NCBI GenBank assembly: GCA_964016885.1
Contig: OZ024740.1
Location: 426,684,001 to 426,748,000, forward strand
From: Eledone cirrhosa
Taxonomy: Eukaryota
Length of the DNA: 64,000 bases
Direction of reading: 5' to 3'
The notes beneath the pieces are model-generated. The model searched no databases. It was not told where the DNA came from and worked only from the letters and a program-made list of their open reading frames with translations. Of this stretch, positions 1 to 11,401 are shown piece after piece (position 1 is the stretch's first letter; each line of letters starts with the position of its first letter). The translations under genes and the position numbers were made by a program.

Positions 1-101
1 ACTTTTTTCAAACTTTACACATGTGTTACTTATAATACTTGAAGTGCAATAGGCTAGTAGAAATTTAACTTTTGATGTTATTTTTTCATGTTCAATTATG
101 T

Positions 102-115
102 AGCATCACGTGACC
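102..115. promoter_or_regulatory. AGCATCACGTGACC E-box motif (TCACGTGA palindrome); three copies per unit (102, 875, and 1129 as CACATG)
   Basis: Motif seen directly at three sites in each unit. Regulatory function is inference. Confidence 0.35.
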
Positions 116-424
116 TTCATTTGAACATGTCTCTCGCTATAGTCAATTGACATAATCACACAATTGGTCGTTAAAGTTGAACAACTTGAATATCGTGCAG
201 GAGGATTTAAACCAAATATGTTTTATAAAAGCAAACTCTCACAATGGAAAATACATAGAAATTGAATCAGTCTAAGAAAATACATATCAAACTTACGATC
301 ATTGTCAAATCTGTTAGTAGGGATAATTCAGTATTAATTTTAACTAACCAGTCAAATCGAATTGGTCAAAGATCTCCGTATGTCATTCACTACATAGATG
401 TATATAACTGTGTGGTTCTCGTGA

Positions 425-497
425 GGGGAATTAGCTCAGATGGTAGAGCGCTCGCTTTGCATGCGAGAGGTACCGGGATCGACGCCCGGATTCTCCA
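425..497 (+). tRNA. tRNA-Ala-TGC: tRNA-Ala(TGC) unit 1
   Basis: Full cloverleaf GGGGAAT/ATTCTCC with G3.U70, D stem GCTC/GAGC, anticodon stem CTCGC/GCGAG, loop TT-TGC-AT, T stem CCGGG/CCCGG, A73, no encoded CCA, TTTT ~25 nt downstream. Confidence 0.97.
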
Positions 498-580
498 AAT
501 GTAGGAGTTATATTACTATATATTTTGATGTTTCTACATTTTACAATTTTCTATTATTGTTGTTGTTTCTGCTGATGAAT

Positions 581-746
581 GTGATGGATTGGCAGTACCT
601 GTAATCATCAGACAACATGCTTTACAGTATAGACTTATGGCCCTTTACGTTCCGAGTTAAAATCGCGCCCATGTCAACTTAAAATAAATTAACAATAATG
701 TACAGGGTATTTCACGGCCTTGTTCCAAAAGTAGAAACAATTATTT
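581..746 (+). mobile_element. Decayed, internally deleted tRNA-derived SINE present once per unit (example: unit 1)
   Basis: Aligns by eye to the free SINE at 62838-63063 (GGATTGRCAGTA..ATGCTTTAYAG..GGCCCTTTA..GAGTTMAAATC..GTYAACTT..AAAATAAA). B box mutated to GAGTTAAAATC. The 3' end (GGCCTTGTTCCAAAAGTAGAAAC) resembles my recollection of octopus SINE tails. Confidence 0.75.
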
Positions 747-790
<44 letters not shown>

Positions 791-866
791 CTTCTTCTTC
801 TTCTTCTTCTTCTTCTTCTTCTTCTTCTTCTTCTTCTTCTTCTTCTTCTTCTTCTTCTTCTTCTTC
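747..866 (+). repeat. Compound (GTT)n(CTT)m microsatellite, one per unit, variable length (example: unit 1)
   Basis: Directly visible in every unit; accounts for most unit-length variation. Confidence 0.99.
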
Positions 867-1009
867 ACACCACCAGCATCACGTGACCTACCTGTGAGGA
901 GGGCCGTCAGCAATAGTAATCATAGAACATATAGAATCCGTCCGAGGCCGCCCTTATTATTTACTATATATATATGTATATATATATTGTAGAGAAACAG
1001 ACTCATGTG

Positions 1010-1082
1010 AGTGAATTAGCTCAGATGGTAGAGCGCTCGCTTAGCATGCGAGAGGTACCGGGATCGATGCCCGGATTCTCCA
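1010..1082 (+). pseudogene. tRNA-Ala-AGC: tRNA-Ala(AGC) unit 1, 5' acceptor strand damaged (AGTGAAT), G3.U70 lost
   Basis: GTGAGTGAATTAGC in place of GTGAGGGGAATTAGC. Confidence 0.85.
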
Positions 1083-1736
1083 TGCGTCAAGATTTCTTTT
1101 CAAATATTTTTTTCTTGTTCAAAACTACAGCATCACATGACCTTCTTTTGAGGTTGGCTGTCAGTTGTAATCGATAGAAGTGATAACACAATTGGCCCTT
1201 AAATTCATACAGCCTGAAAATAGCACCAGACTATTTCAACCATATATCTATATATATAAAATATAGGAGGTCTGTTTGTACAAATCCCTAAAACTCCAGA
1301 TGTACTCGACTGACTTTTTTCAAACTTTACACATATGTTACTTATAATACTTGAAGTGCAATAGGCTAGTAGAAATTTAACTTTTGATGTTATTTTTTCA
1401 TGTTCAAATATGTAGCATCACGTGACCTTCATTTGAACATGTCTCTCGCTATAGTCAATTGACATAATCACACAATTGTTCGTTAAAGTTGAACAACTTG
1501 AATATCGTGCAGGAGGATTTAAACCAAATATGTTTTATAAAAGCAAACTCTCACAATGGAAAATGCATAGAAATTGAATCAGTCTAAGAAAATACATATC
1601 AAACTTACGATCATTGTCAAATCTGTTAGTAGGGAAAATTCAGTATTAATTTTAACTAACCAGTCAAATCGAATTGGTCAAAGATCTCCGTATGTCATTC
1701 ACTATATAGATGTATATAACTGTGTGGTTCTCCTGA

Positions 1737-1809
1737 GGGGAATTAGCTCAGATGGTAGAGCGCTCGCTTTGCATGCGAGAGGTACCGGGATCGACGCCCG
1801 GATTCTCCA
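1737..1809 (+). tRNA. tRNA-Ala-TGC: tRNA-Ala(TGC) unit 2
   Basis: Consensus cloverleaf. Confidence 0.97.
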
Positions 1810-2058
1810 AATGTAGGAGTTATATTACTATATATTTTGATGTTTCTACATTTTACAATTTTCTATTATTGTTGTTGTTTTTGCTGTTGAATGTGATGGA
1901 TTGGCAGTATCTGTAATCATCAGAAAACATGCTTTACAGTATAGAGTTATGGCCCTTTACGTTCCGAGTTAAAATCGCGCCCATGTCAACTTAAAATAAA
2001 TGAACAATAATGTACTGGGTATTCCACGGCCTTGTTCCAAAAGTAGAAACAATTATTT

Positions 2059-2093
<35 letters not shown>

Positions 2094-2303
2094 CTTCTTC
2101 TTCTTCTTCTTCTTCTTCTTCTTCTTCTTTTTCTTCTTCTTCTTCTTCTTCTTCTTCTTTTTCACACCACCAGCATCACGTGATCTACCTGTGAGGAGGG
2201 CCGTCAGCAATAGTAATCATAGAACATATAGAATCCGTCCGAGGCCGCCCTTATTATTTACTATATATGTATATATATATTGTAGAGAAACAGACTCATG
2301 TGA

Positions 2304-2376
2304 GGGGAATTAGCTCAGATGGTAGAGCGCTCGCTTAGCATGCGAGAGGTACCGGGATCGATGCCAGGATTCTCCA
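2304..2376 (+). tRNA. tRNA-Ala-AGC: tRNA-Ala(AGC) unit 2, C63A T-stem mismatch
   Basis: Anticodon AGC; 3' T stem CCAGG. Confidence 0.9.
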
Positions 2377-3029
2377 TGCGTCAAGATTTCTTTTCAAATA
2401 TTTTTTCTTCTTCAAAACTACAGCATCACATGACCATCTTTTGAGGTTGGCTGTCAGTTGTAATCGATTGAAGTGATAACACAATTAGCCCTTAAATTCA
2501 TACAGCCTGAAAATAGCACCAGACTATTTCAACCATATATCTATATATATAAAATATAGGAGGTCTGTTTGTACAAATCCCTAAAACTCCAGATGTACTC
2601 GACTGACTTTTTTCAAACTTTACACATGTGTTACTTATAATACTTGAAGTGCAATAGGCTAGTAGAAATTTAACTTTTGATGTTATTTTTTCATGTTCAA
2701 TTATGTAGCATCACGTGACCTTCATTTGAACATGTCTCTCGCTATAGTCAATTGACATAATCACACAATTGGTCGTTAAAGTTGAACAACTTGAATATCG
2801 TGCAGGAGGATTTGAACCAAATATGTTTTATAAAAGCAAACTCTCACAATGGAAAATACATAGAAATTGAATCAGTCTAAGAAAATACATATCAAACTTA
2901 CGATCATTGTCAAATCTGTTAGTAGGGAAAATTCAGTATTAATTTTAACTAACCAGTCAAATCGAATTGGTCAAAGATATCCGTATGTCATTCACTATAT
3001 AGATGTATATAACTGTGTGGTTCTCGTGA

Positions 3030-3102
3030 GGGGAATTAGCTCAGATGGTAGAGCGCTCGCTTTGCATGCGAGAGGTACCGGGATCAACGCCCGGATTCTC
3101 CA
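3030..3102 (+). tRNA. tRNA-Ala-TGC: tRNA-Ala(TGC) unit 3, A57 variant
   Basis: T loop ATCAACG. Confidence 0.95.
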
Positions 3103-3586
3103 AATGTAGGAGTTATATTACTATATATTTTGATGTTTCTACATTTTACAATTTTCTATTATAGTTGTTGTTTTGCTGTTGAATGTGATGGATTGGCAGT
3201 ATCTGTAATCATCAGAAAACATGCTTTACAGTATAGAGTTATGGCCCTTTACGTTCCGAGTTAAAATCGCGCACATGTCAACTTAAAATAAGTTATCAAT
3301 AATGTACTGGGTATTTCACGGCCTTGTTCCAAAATTAGAAACAATTTTTTTTTTTGTTGTTGTTGTTGTTGTTCTTCTTCTTCTTCTTCTTCTTCTTCTT
3401 CTTCTTCTTCTTCTTCTTCTTCTTCTTCTTCTTCTTCTTCTTCTTCACACCACCAGCATCACGTGACCTACCTGTGAGGAGGGCCGTCAGCAATAGTAAT
3501 CTTAGAACATATAGAATCCGTCCGAGGCCGCCCTTATTATTTACTATATATGTATATATATATTGTAGAGAAAGAGACTCATGTTA

Positions 3587-3659
3587 GGGGAATTAGCTCA
3601 GATGGTAGAGCGCTCGCTTAGCATGCGAGAGGTACCGGGATCGATGCCCGGATTCTCCA
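3587..3659 (+). tRNA. tRNA-Ala-AGC: tRNA-Ala(AGC) unit 3
   Basis: Consensus cloverleaf, T loop ATCGATG, TTTT and T6-7 downstream. Confidence 0.97.
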
Positions 3660-4312
3660 TGCGTCAAGATTTCTTTTCAAATATTTTTTCTTCTTCAAAA
3701 CTACAGCATCACATGACCTTCTTTTGAGGTTGGCTGTCAGTTGTAATCGATAGAAGTGATAACACAATTGGCCCTTAAATTCATACAGCCTGAAAATAGC
3801 ACCAGACTATTTCAACCATATATCTATATATATAAAATATAGGAGGTCTGTTTGTACAAATCCCTAAAACTCCAGATGTACTCGACTGACTTTTTTCAAA
3901 CTTTACACATATGTTACTGATAATACTTGAAGTGCAATAGGCTAGTAGAAATTTAACTTTTGATGTTATTTTTTCATGTTCAAATATGTAGCATCACGTG
4001 ACCTTCATTTGAACATGTCTCTCGCTATAGTCAATTGACATAATCACACAATTGGTCGTTAAAGTTGAACAACTTGAATATCGTGCAGGAGGATTTAAAC
4101 CAAATATGTTTTATAAAAGCAAACTCTCACAATGGAAAATACATAGAAATTGAATCAGTCTAAGAAAATACATATCAAACTTACGATCATTGTCAAATCT
4201 GTTAGTAGGGATAATTGAGTATTAATTTTAACTAACCAGTCAAATCGAATTGGTCAAAGATATCCGTGTGTCATTCACTCTATAGATGTATATAACTGTG
4301 TGGTTCTCGTGA

Positions 4313-4385
4313 GGGGAATTAGCTCAGATGGTAGAGCGCTCGCTTTGCATGCGAGAGGTACCGGGATCGACGCCCGGATTCTCCA
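4313..4385 (+). tRNA. tRNA-Ala-TGC: tRNA-Ala(TGC) unit 4
   Basis: Consensus cloverleaf. Confidence 0.97.
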
Positions 4386-4633
4386 AATGTAGGAGTTATA
4401 TTACTATATATTTTGATGTTTCTACATTTTACAATTTTCTATTATTGTTGTTGTTTCTGCTGTTGAATGTGATGGATTGGCAGTACCTGTAATCATCAGA
4501 AAACATGCTTTACAGTATAGAGTTATGGCCCTTTACGTTCCGAGTTAAAATCGCGCCCATGTCAACTTAAAATGAATGAACAATAATGAACTGGGTATTT
4601 CACGGCCTTGTTCCAAAATTAGAAACAATTTTT

Positions 4634-4683
<50 letters not shown>

Positions 4684-4860
4684 CTTCTTCTTCTTCTTCT
4701 TCTTCTTCTTCTTCTTTTTCACACCACCAGCATCACGTGACCTACCTGTGAGGAGGGCCGTCAGCAATAGTAATCATAGAACATATAGAATCCGTCCGAG
4801 GCCGCCCTTATTATTTACTATATATGTATATATATATTGTAGAGAAACAGACTCATGTGA

Positions 4861-4933
4861 GGGGAATTAGCTCAGATGGTAGAGCGCTCGCTTAGCATGC
4901 GAGAGGTACCCGGATCGATGCCAGGATTCTCCA
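4861..4933 (+). tRNA. tRNA-Ala-AGC: tRNA-Ala(AGC) unit 4, G51C+C63A
   Basis: T stem CCCGG/CCAGG. Confidence 0.88.
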
Positions 4934-5587
4934 TGCGTCAAGATTTCTTTTCAAATATTTTTTTCTTGTTCAAAACTACAGCATCACATGACCTTCTTTT
5001 GAGGTTGGCTGTCAGTTGTAATCGATAGAAGTGATAACACAATTGGCCCTTAAATTCATACAGCCTGAAAATAGCACCAGACTATTTCAACCATATATCT
5101 ATATATATAAAATATAGGAGGTCTGTTTGAACAAATCCCTAAAACTGCAGATGTACTCGACTGACTTTTTTCAAACTTTACACATGTGTTACTTATAATA
5201 CTTGAAGTGCAATAGGCTAGTAGAAATTTAACTTTTGATGTTATTTTTTCATGTTCAATTATGTAGCATCACGTGACCTTCATTTGAACATGTCTCTCGC
5301 TATAGTCAATTGACATAATCACACAATTGGTCGTTAAAGTTGAACAACTTGAATATCGTGCAGGAGGATTTAAACCAAATATGTTTTATAAAAGCAAACT
5401 CTCACAATGGAAAATACATAGAAATTGAATCAGTCTAAGAAAATACATATCAAACTTACGATCATTGTCAAATCTGTTAGTAGGGATAATTCAGTATTAA
5501 TTTTAACTAACCAGTCAAATCGAATTGGTCAAAGATCTCCGTATGTCATTCACTACATAGATGTATATAACTGTGTGGTTCTCGTGA

Positions 5588-5660
5588 GGGGAATTAGCTC
5601 AGATGGTAGAGCGCTCGCTTTGCATGCGAGAGGTACCGGGATCGACGCCCGGATTCTCCA
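5588..5660 (+). tRNA. tRNA-Ala-TGC: tRNA-Ala(TGC) unit 5
   Basis: Consensus cloverleaf. Confidence 0.97.
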
Positions 5661-5909
5661 AATGTAGGAGTTATATTACTATATATTTTGATGTTTCTAC
5701 ATTTTACAATTTTCTATTATTGTTGTTGTTTCTGCTGATGAATGTGATGGATTGGCAGTACCTGTAATCATCAGACAACATGCTTTACAGTATAGACTTA
5801 TGGCCCTTTACGTTCCGAGTTAAAATCGCGCCCATGTCAACTTAAAATAAATTAACAATAATGTACAGGGTATTTCACGGCCTTGTTCCAAAAGTAGAAA
5901 CAATTATTT

Positions 5910-5962
<53 letters not shown>

Positions 5963-6208
5963 CTTCTTCTTCTTCTTCTTCTTCTTCTTCTTCTTCTTCT
6001 TCTTCTTCTTCTTCTTCTTCTTCTTCTTCTTCTTTATCTTCTTCTTCTTCTTCTTCTTCTTCTTCACACCACCAGCATCACGTGACCTACCTGTGAGGAG
6101 GGCCGTCAGCAATAGTAATCATAGAACATATAGAATCCGTCCGAGGCCGCCCTTATTATTTACTATATATATATGTATATATATATTGTAGAGAAACAGA
6201 CTCATGTG

Positions 6209-6281
6209 AGTGAATTAGCTCAGATGGTAGAGCGCTCGCTTAGCATGCGAGAGGTACCGGGATCGATGCCCGGATTCTCCA
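6209..6281 (+). pseudogene. tRNA-Ala-AGC: tRNA-Ala(AGC) unit 5, same acceptor lesion as unit 1
   Basis: GTGAGTGAATTAGC. Confidence 0.85.
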
Positions 6282-6935
6282 TGCGTCAAGATTTCTTTTC
6301 AAATATTTTTTTCTTGTTCAAAACTACAGCATCACATGACCTTCTTTTGAGGTTGGCTGTCAGTTGTAATCGATAGAAGTGATAACACAATTGGCCCTTA
6401 AATTCATACAGCCTGAAAATAGCACCAGACTATTTCAACCATATATCTATATATATAAAATATAGGAGGTCTGTTTGTACAAATCCCTAAAACTCCAGAT
6501 GTACTCGACTGACTTTTTTCAAACTTTACACATATGTTACTTATAATACTTGAAGTGCAATAGGCTAGTAGAAATTTAACTTTTGATGTTATTTTTTCAT
6601 GTTCAAATATGTAGCATCACGTGACCTTCATTTGAACATGTCTCTCGCTATAGTCAATTGACATAATCACACAATTGTTCGTTAAAGTTGAACAACTTGA
6701 ATATCGTGCAGGAGGATTTAAACCAAATATGTTTTATAAAAGCAAACTCTCACAATGGAAAATGCATAGAAATTGAATCAGTCTAAGAAAATACATATCA
6801 AACTTACGATCATTGTCAAATCTGTTAGTAGGGAAAATTCAGTATTAATTTTAACTAACCAGTCAAATCGAATTGGTCAAAGATCTCCGTATGTCATTCA
6901 CTATATAGATGTATATAACTGTGTGGTTCTCCTGA

Positions 6936-7008
6936 GGGGAATTAGCTCAGATGGTAGAGCGCTCGCTTTGCATGCGAGAGGTACCGGGATCGACGCCCGG
7001 ATTCTCCA
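6936..7008 (+). tRNA. tRNA-Ala-TGC: tRNA-Ala(TGC) unit 6
   Basis: Consensus cloverleaf. Confidence 0.97.
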
Positions 7009-7496
7009 AATGTAGGAGTTATATTACTATATATTTTGATGTTTCTACATTTTACAATTTTCTATTATTGTTGTTGTTTTTGCTGTTGAATGTGATGGAT
7101 TGGCAGTATCTGTAATCATCAGAAAACATGCTTTACAGTATAGAGTTATGGCCCTTTACGTTCCGAGTTAAAATCGCGCCCATGTCAACTTAAAATAAAT
7201 GAACAATAATGTACTGGGTATTCCACGGCCTTGTTCCAAAAGTAGAAACAATTATTTTTGTTGTTGTTGTTGTTGTTGTTCTTCTTCTTCTTCTTCTTCT
7301 TCTTCTTCTTCTTCTTCTTCTTTTTCTTCTTCTTCTTCTTCTTCTTCTTCTTTTTCACACCACCAGCATCACGTGATCTACCTGTGAGGAGGGCCGTCAG
7401 CAATAGTAATCATAGAACATATAGAATCCGTCCGAGGCCGCCCTTATTATTTACTATATATGTATATATATATTGTAGAGAAACAGACTCATGTGA

Positions 7497-7569
7497 GGGG
7501 AATTAGCTCAGATGGTAGAGCGCTCGCTTAGCATGCGAGAGGTACCGGGATCGATGCCAGGATTCTCCA
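7497..7569 (+). tRNA. tRNA-Ala-AGC: tRNA-Ala(AGC) unit 6, C63A
   Basis: 3' T stem CCAGG. Confidence 0.9.
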
Positions 7570-8222
7570 TGCGTCAAGATTTCTTTTCAAATATTTTTTC
7601 TTCTTCAAAACTACAGCATCACATGACCATCTTTTGAGGTTGGCTGTCAGTTGTAATCGATTGAAGTGATAACACAATTAGCCCTTAAATTCATACAGCC
7701 TGAAAATAGCACCAGACTATTTCAACCATATATCTATATATATAAAATATAGGAGGTCTGTTTGTACAAATCCCTAAAACTCCAGATGTACTCGACTGAC
7801 TTTTTTCAAACTTTACACATGTGTTACTTATAATACTTGAAGTGCAATAGGCTAGTAGAAATTTAACTTTTGATGTTATTTTTTCATGTTCAATTATGTA
7901 GCATCACGTGACCTTCATTTGAACATGTCTCTCGCTATAGTCAATTGACATAATCACACAATTGGTCGTTAAAGTTGAACAACTTGAATATCGTGCAGGA
8001 GGATTTGAACCAAATATGTTTTATAAAAGCAAACTCTCACAATGGAAAATACATAGAAATTGAATCAGTCTAAGAAAATACATATCAAACTTACGATCAT
8101 TGTCAAATCTGTTAGTAGGGAAAATTCAGTATTAATTTTAACTAACCAGTCAAATCGAATTGGTCAAAGATATCCGTATGTCATTCACTATATAGATGTA
8201 TATAACTGTGTGGTTCTCGTGA

Positions 8223-8295
8223 GGGGAATTAGCTCAGATGGTAGAGCGCTCGCTTTGCATGCGAGAGGTACCGGGATCAACGCCCGGATTCTCCA
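8223..8295 (+). tRNA. tRNA-Ala-TGC: tRNA-Ala(TGC) unit 7, A57
   Basis: T loop ATCAACG. Confidence 0.95.
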
Positions 8296-8774
8296 AATGT
8301 AGGAGTTATATTACTATATATTTTGATGTTTCTACATTTTACAATTTTCTATTATAGTTGTTGTTTTGCTGTTGAATGTGATGGATTGGCAGTATCTGTA
8401 ATCATCAGAAAACATGCTTTACAGTATAGAGTTATGGCCCTTTACGTTCCGAGTTAAAATCGCGCACATGTCAACTTAAAATAAGTTATCAATAATGTAC
8501 TGGGTATTTCACGGCCTTGTTCCAAAATTAGAAACAATTTTTTTTTTTTGTTGTTGTTGTTGTTGTTGTTGTTGTTCTTCTTCTTCTTCTTCTTCTTCTT
8601 CTTCTTCTTCTTCTTCTTCTTCTTCTTCTTCTTCACACCACCAGCATCACGTGACCTACCTGTGAGGAGGGCCGTCAGCAATAGTAATCTTAGAACATAT
8701 AGAATCCGTCCGAGGCCGCCCTTATTATTTACTATATATGTATATATATATTGTAGAGAAAGAGACTCATGTTA

Positions 8775-8847
8775 GGGGAATTAGCTCAGATGGTAGAGCG
8801 CTCGCTTAGCATGCGAGAGGTACCGGGATCGATGCCCGGATTCTCCA
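8775..8847 (+). tRNA. tRNA-Ala-AGC: tRNA-Ala(AGC) unit 7
   Basis: Consensus cloverleaf. Confidence 0.97.
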
Positions 8848-9501
8848 TGCGTCAAGATTTCTTTTCAAATATTTTTTTCTTGTTCAAAACTACAGCATCA
8901 CATGACCTTCTTTTGAGGTTGGCTGTCAGTTGTAATCGATAGAAGTGATAACACAATTGGCCCTTAAATTCATACAGCCTGAAAATAGCACCAGACTATT
9001 TCAACCATATATCTATATATATAAAATATAGGAGGTCTGTTTGTACAAATCCCTAAAACTCCAGATGTACTCGACTGACTTTTTTCAAACTTTACACATA
9101 TGTTACTTATAATACTTGAAGTGCAATAGGCTAGTAGAAATTTAACTTTTGATGTTATTTTTTCATGTTCAAATATGTAGCATCACGTGACCTTCATTTG
9201 AACATGTCTCTCGCTATAGTCAATTGACATAATCACACAATTGGTCGTTAAAGTTGAACAACTTGAATATCGTGCAGGAGGATTTAAACCAAATATGTTT
9301 TATAAAAGCAAACTCTCACAATGGAAAATACATAGAAATTGAATCAGTCTAAGAAAATACATATCAAACTTACGATCATTGTCAAATCTGTTAGTAGGGA
9401 TAATTGAGTATTAATTTTAACTAACCAGTCAAATCGAATTGGTCAAAGATATCCGTGTGTCATTCACTCTATAGATGTATATAACTGTGCGGTTCTCGTG
9501 A

Positions 9502-9574
9502 GGGGAATTAGCTCAGATGGTAGAGCGCTCGCTTTGCATGCGAGAGGTACCGGGATCGACGCCCGGATTCTCCA
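9502..9574 (+). tRNA. tRNA-Ala-TGC: tRNA-Ala(TGC) unit 8
   Basis: Consensus cloverleaf. Confidence 0.97.
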
Positions 9575-9826
9575 AATGTAGGAGTTATATTACTATATAT
9601 TTTGATGTTTCTACATTTTACAATTTTCTATTATAGTTGTTGTTTTGCTGTTGAATGTGATGGATTGGCAGTATCTGTAATCATCAGAAAACATGCTTTA
9701 CAGTATAGAGTTATGGCCCTTTACGTTCCGAGTTAAAATCGCGCACATGTCAACTTAAAATAAGTTATCAATAATGTACTGGGTATTTCACGGCCTTGTT
9801 CCAAAATTAGAAACAATTTTTTTTTT

Positions 9827-9858
<32 letters not shown>

Positions 9859-10065
9859 CTTCTTCTTCTTCTTCTTCTTCTTCTTCTTCTTCTTCTTCTT
9901 CTTCTTCTTCTTCTTCTTCTTCTTCACACCACCAGCATCACGTGACCTACCTGTGAGGAGGGCCGTCAGCAATAGTAATCTTAGAACATATAGAATCCGT
10001 CCGAGGCCGCCCTTATTATTTACTATATATGTATATATATATTGTAGAGAAAGAGACTCATGTTA

Positions 10066-10138
10066 GGGGAATTAGCTCAGATGGTAGAGCGCTCGCTTAG
10101 CATGCGAGAGGTACCGGGATCGATGCCCGGATTCTCCA
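10066..10138 (+). tRNA. tRNA-Ala-AGC: tRNA-Ala(AGC) unit 8
   Basis: Consensus cloverleaf. Confidence 0.97.
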
Positions 10139-10792
10139 TGCGTCAAGATTTCTTTTCAAATATTTTTTTCTTGTTCAAAACTACAGCATCACATGACCTT
10201 CTTTTGAGGTTGGCTGTCAGTTGTAATCGATAGAAGTGATAACACAATTGGCCCTTAAATTCATACAGCCTGAAAATAGCACCAGACTATTTCAACCATA
10301 TATCTATATATATAAAATATAGGAGGTCTGTTTGTACAAATCCCTAAAACTCCAGATGTACTCGACTGACTTTTTTCAAACTTTACACATATGTTACTTA
10401 TAATACTTGAAGTGCAATAGGCTAGTAGAAATTTAACTTTTGATGTTATTTTTTCATGTTCAAATATGTAGCATCACGTGACCTTCATTTGAACATGTCT
10501 CTCGCTATAGTCAATTGACATAATCACACAATTGGTCGTTAAAGTTGAACAACTTGAATATCGTGCAGGAGGATTTAAACCAAATATGTTTTATAAAAGC
10601 AAACTCTCACAATGGAAAATACATAGAAATTGAATCAGTCTAAGAAAATACATATCAAACTTACGATCATTGTCAAATCTGTTAGTAGGGATAATTGAGT
10701 ATTAATTTTAACTAACCAGTCAAATCGAATTGGTCAAAGATATCCGTGTGTCATTCACTCTATAGATGTATATAACTGTGCGGTTCTCGTGA

Positions 10793-10865
10793 GGGGAATT
10801 AGCTCAGATGGTAGAGCGCTCGCTTTGCATGCGAGAGGTACCGGGATCGACGCCCGGATTCTCCA
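10793..10865 (+). tRNA. tRNA-Ala-TGC: tRNA-Ala(TGC) unit 9
   Basis: Consensus cloverleaf. Confidence 0.97.
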
Positions 10866-11328
10866 AATGTAGGAGTTATATTACTATATATTTTGATGTT
10901 TCTACATTTTACAATTTTCTATTATTGTTGTTGTTTCTGCTGTTGAATGTGATGGATTGGCAGTACCTGTAATCATCAGAAAACATGCTTTACAGTATAG
11001 AGTTATGGCCCTTTACGTTCCGAGTTAAAATCGCGCCCATGTCAACTTAAAATAAATGAACAATAATGTACTGGGTATTTCACGGCCTTGTTCCAAAATT
11101 AGAAACAATTTTTTTGTTGTTGTTGTTGTTGTTGTTGTTGTTCTTCTTCTTCTTCTTCTTCTTCTTCTTCTTCTTCTTCTTCTTCTTCACACCACCAGCA
11201 TCACGTGACCTACCTGTGAGGAGGGCCGTCAGCAATAGTAATCATAGAACATATAGAATCCGTCCGAGGCCGCCCTTATTATTTACTATATATGTATATA
11301 TATATTGTAGAGAAACAGACTCATGTGA

Positions 11329-11401
11329 GGGGAATTAGCTCAGATGGTAGAGCGCTCGCTTAGCATGCGAGAGGTACCGGGATCGATGCCCGGATTCTCC
11401 A
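11329..11401 (+). tRNA. tRNA-Ala-AGC: tRNA-Ala(AGC) unit 9
   Basis: Consensus cloverleaf. Confidence 0.97.

Noticed and set aside
105-112. ATCACGTG as budding-yeast centromere CDEI
   Set aside because: No CDEII/CDEIII arrangement; metazoan-type SINE context
147-156. TTGACA/TAAT bacterial promoter look-alike
   Set aside because: No 17-bp spacing and the DNA is eukaryotic
262-504. Recurring 80-aa ORF MNQSKKIH...
   Set aside because: TTG start, overlaps the tRNA, is broken by a TGA in many units and has no recognisable domain; it recurs only because the unit repeats
689-992. Poly-L/F, poly-K/N, poly-V/L and poly-C/S ORFs in each unit
   Set aside because: Stop-free reading of the (GTT)(CTT) microsatellite; the frame shifts freely between units
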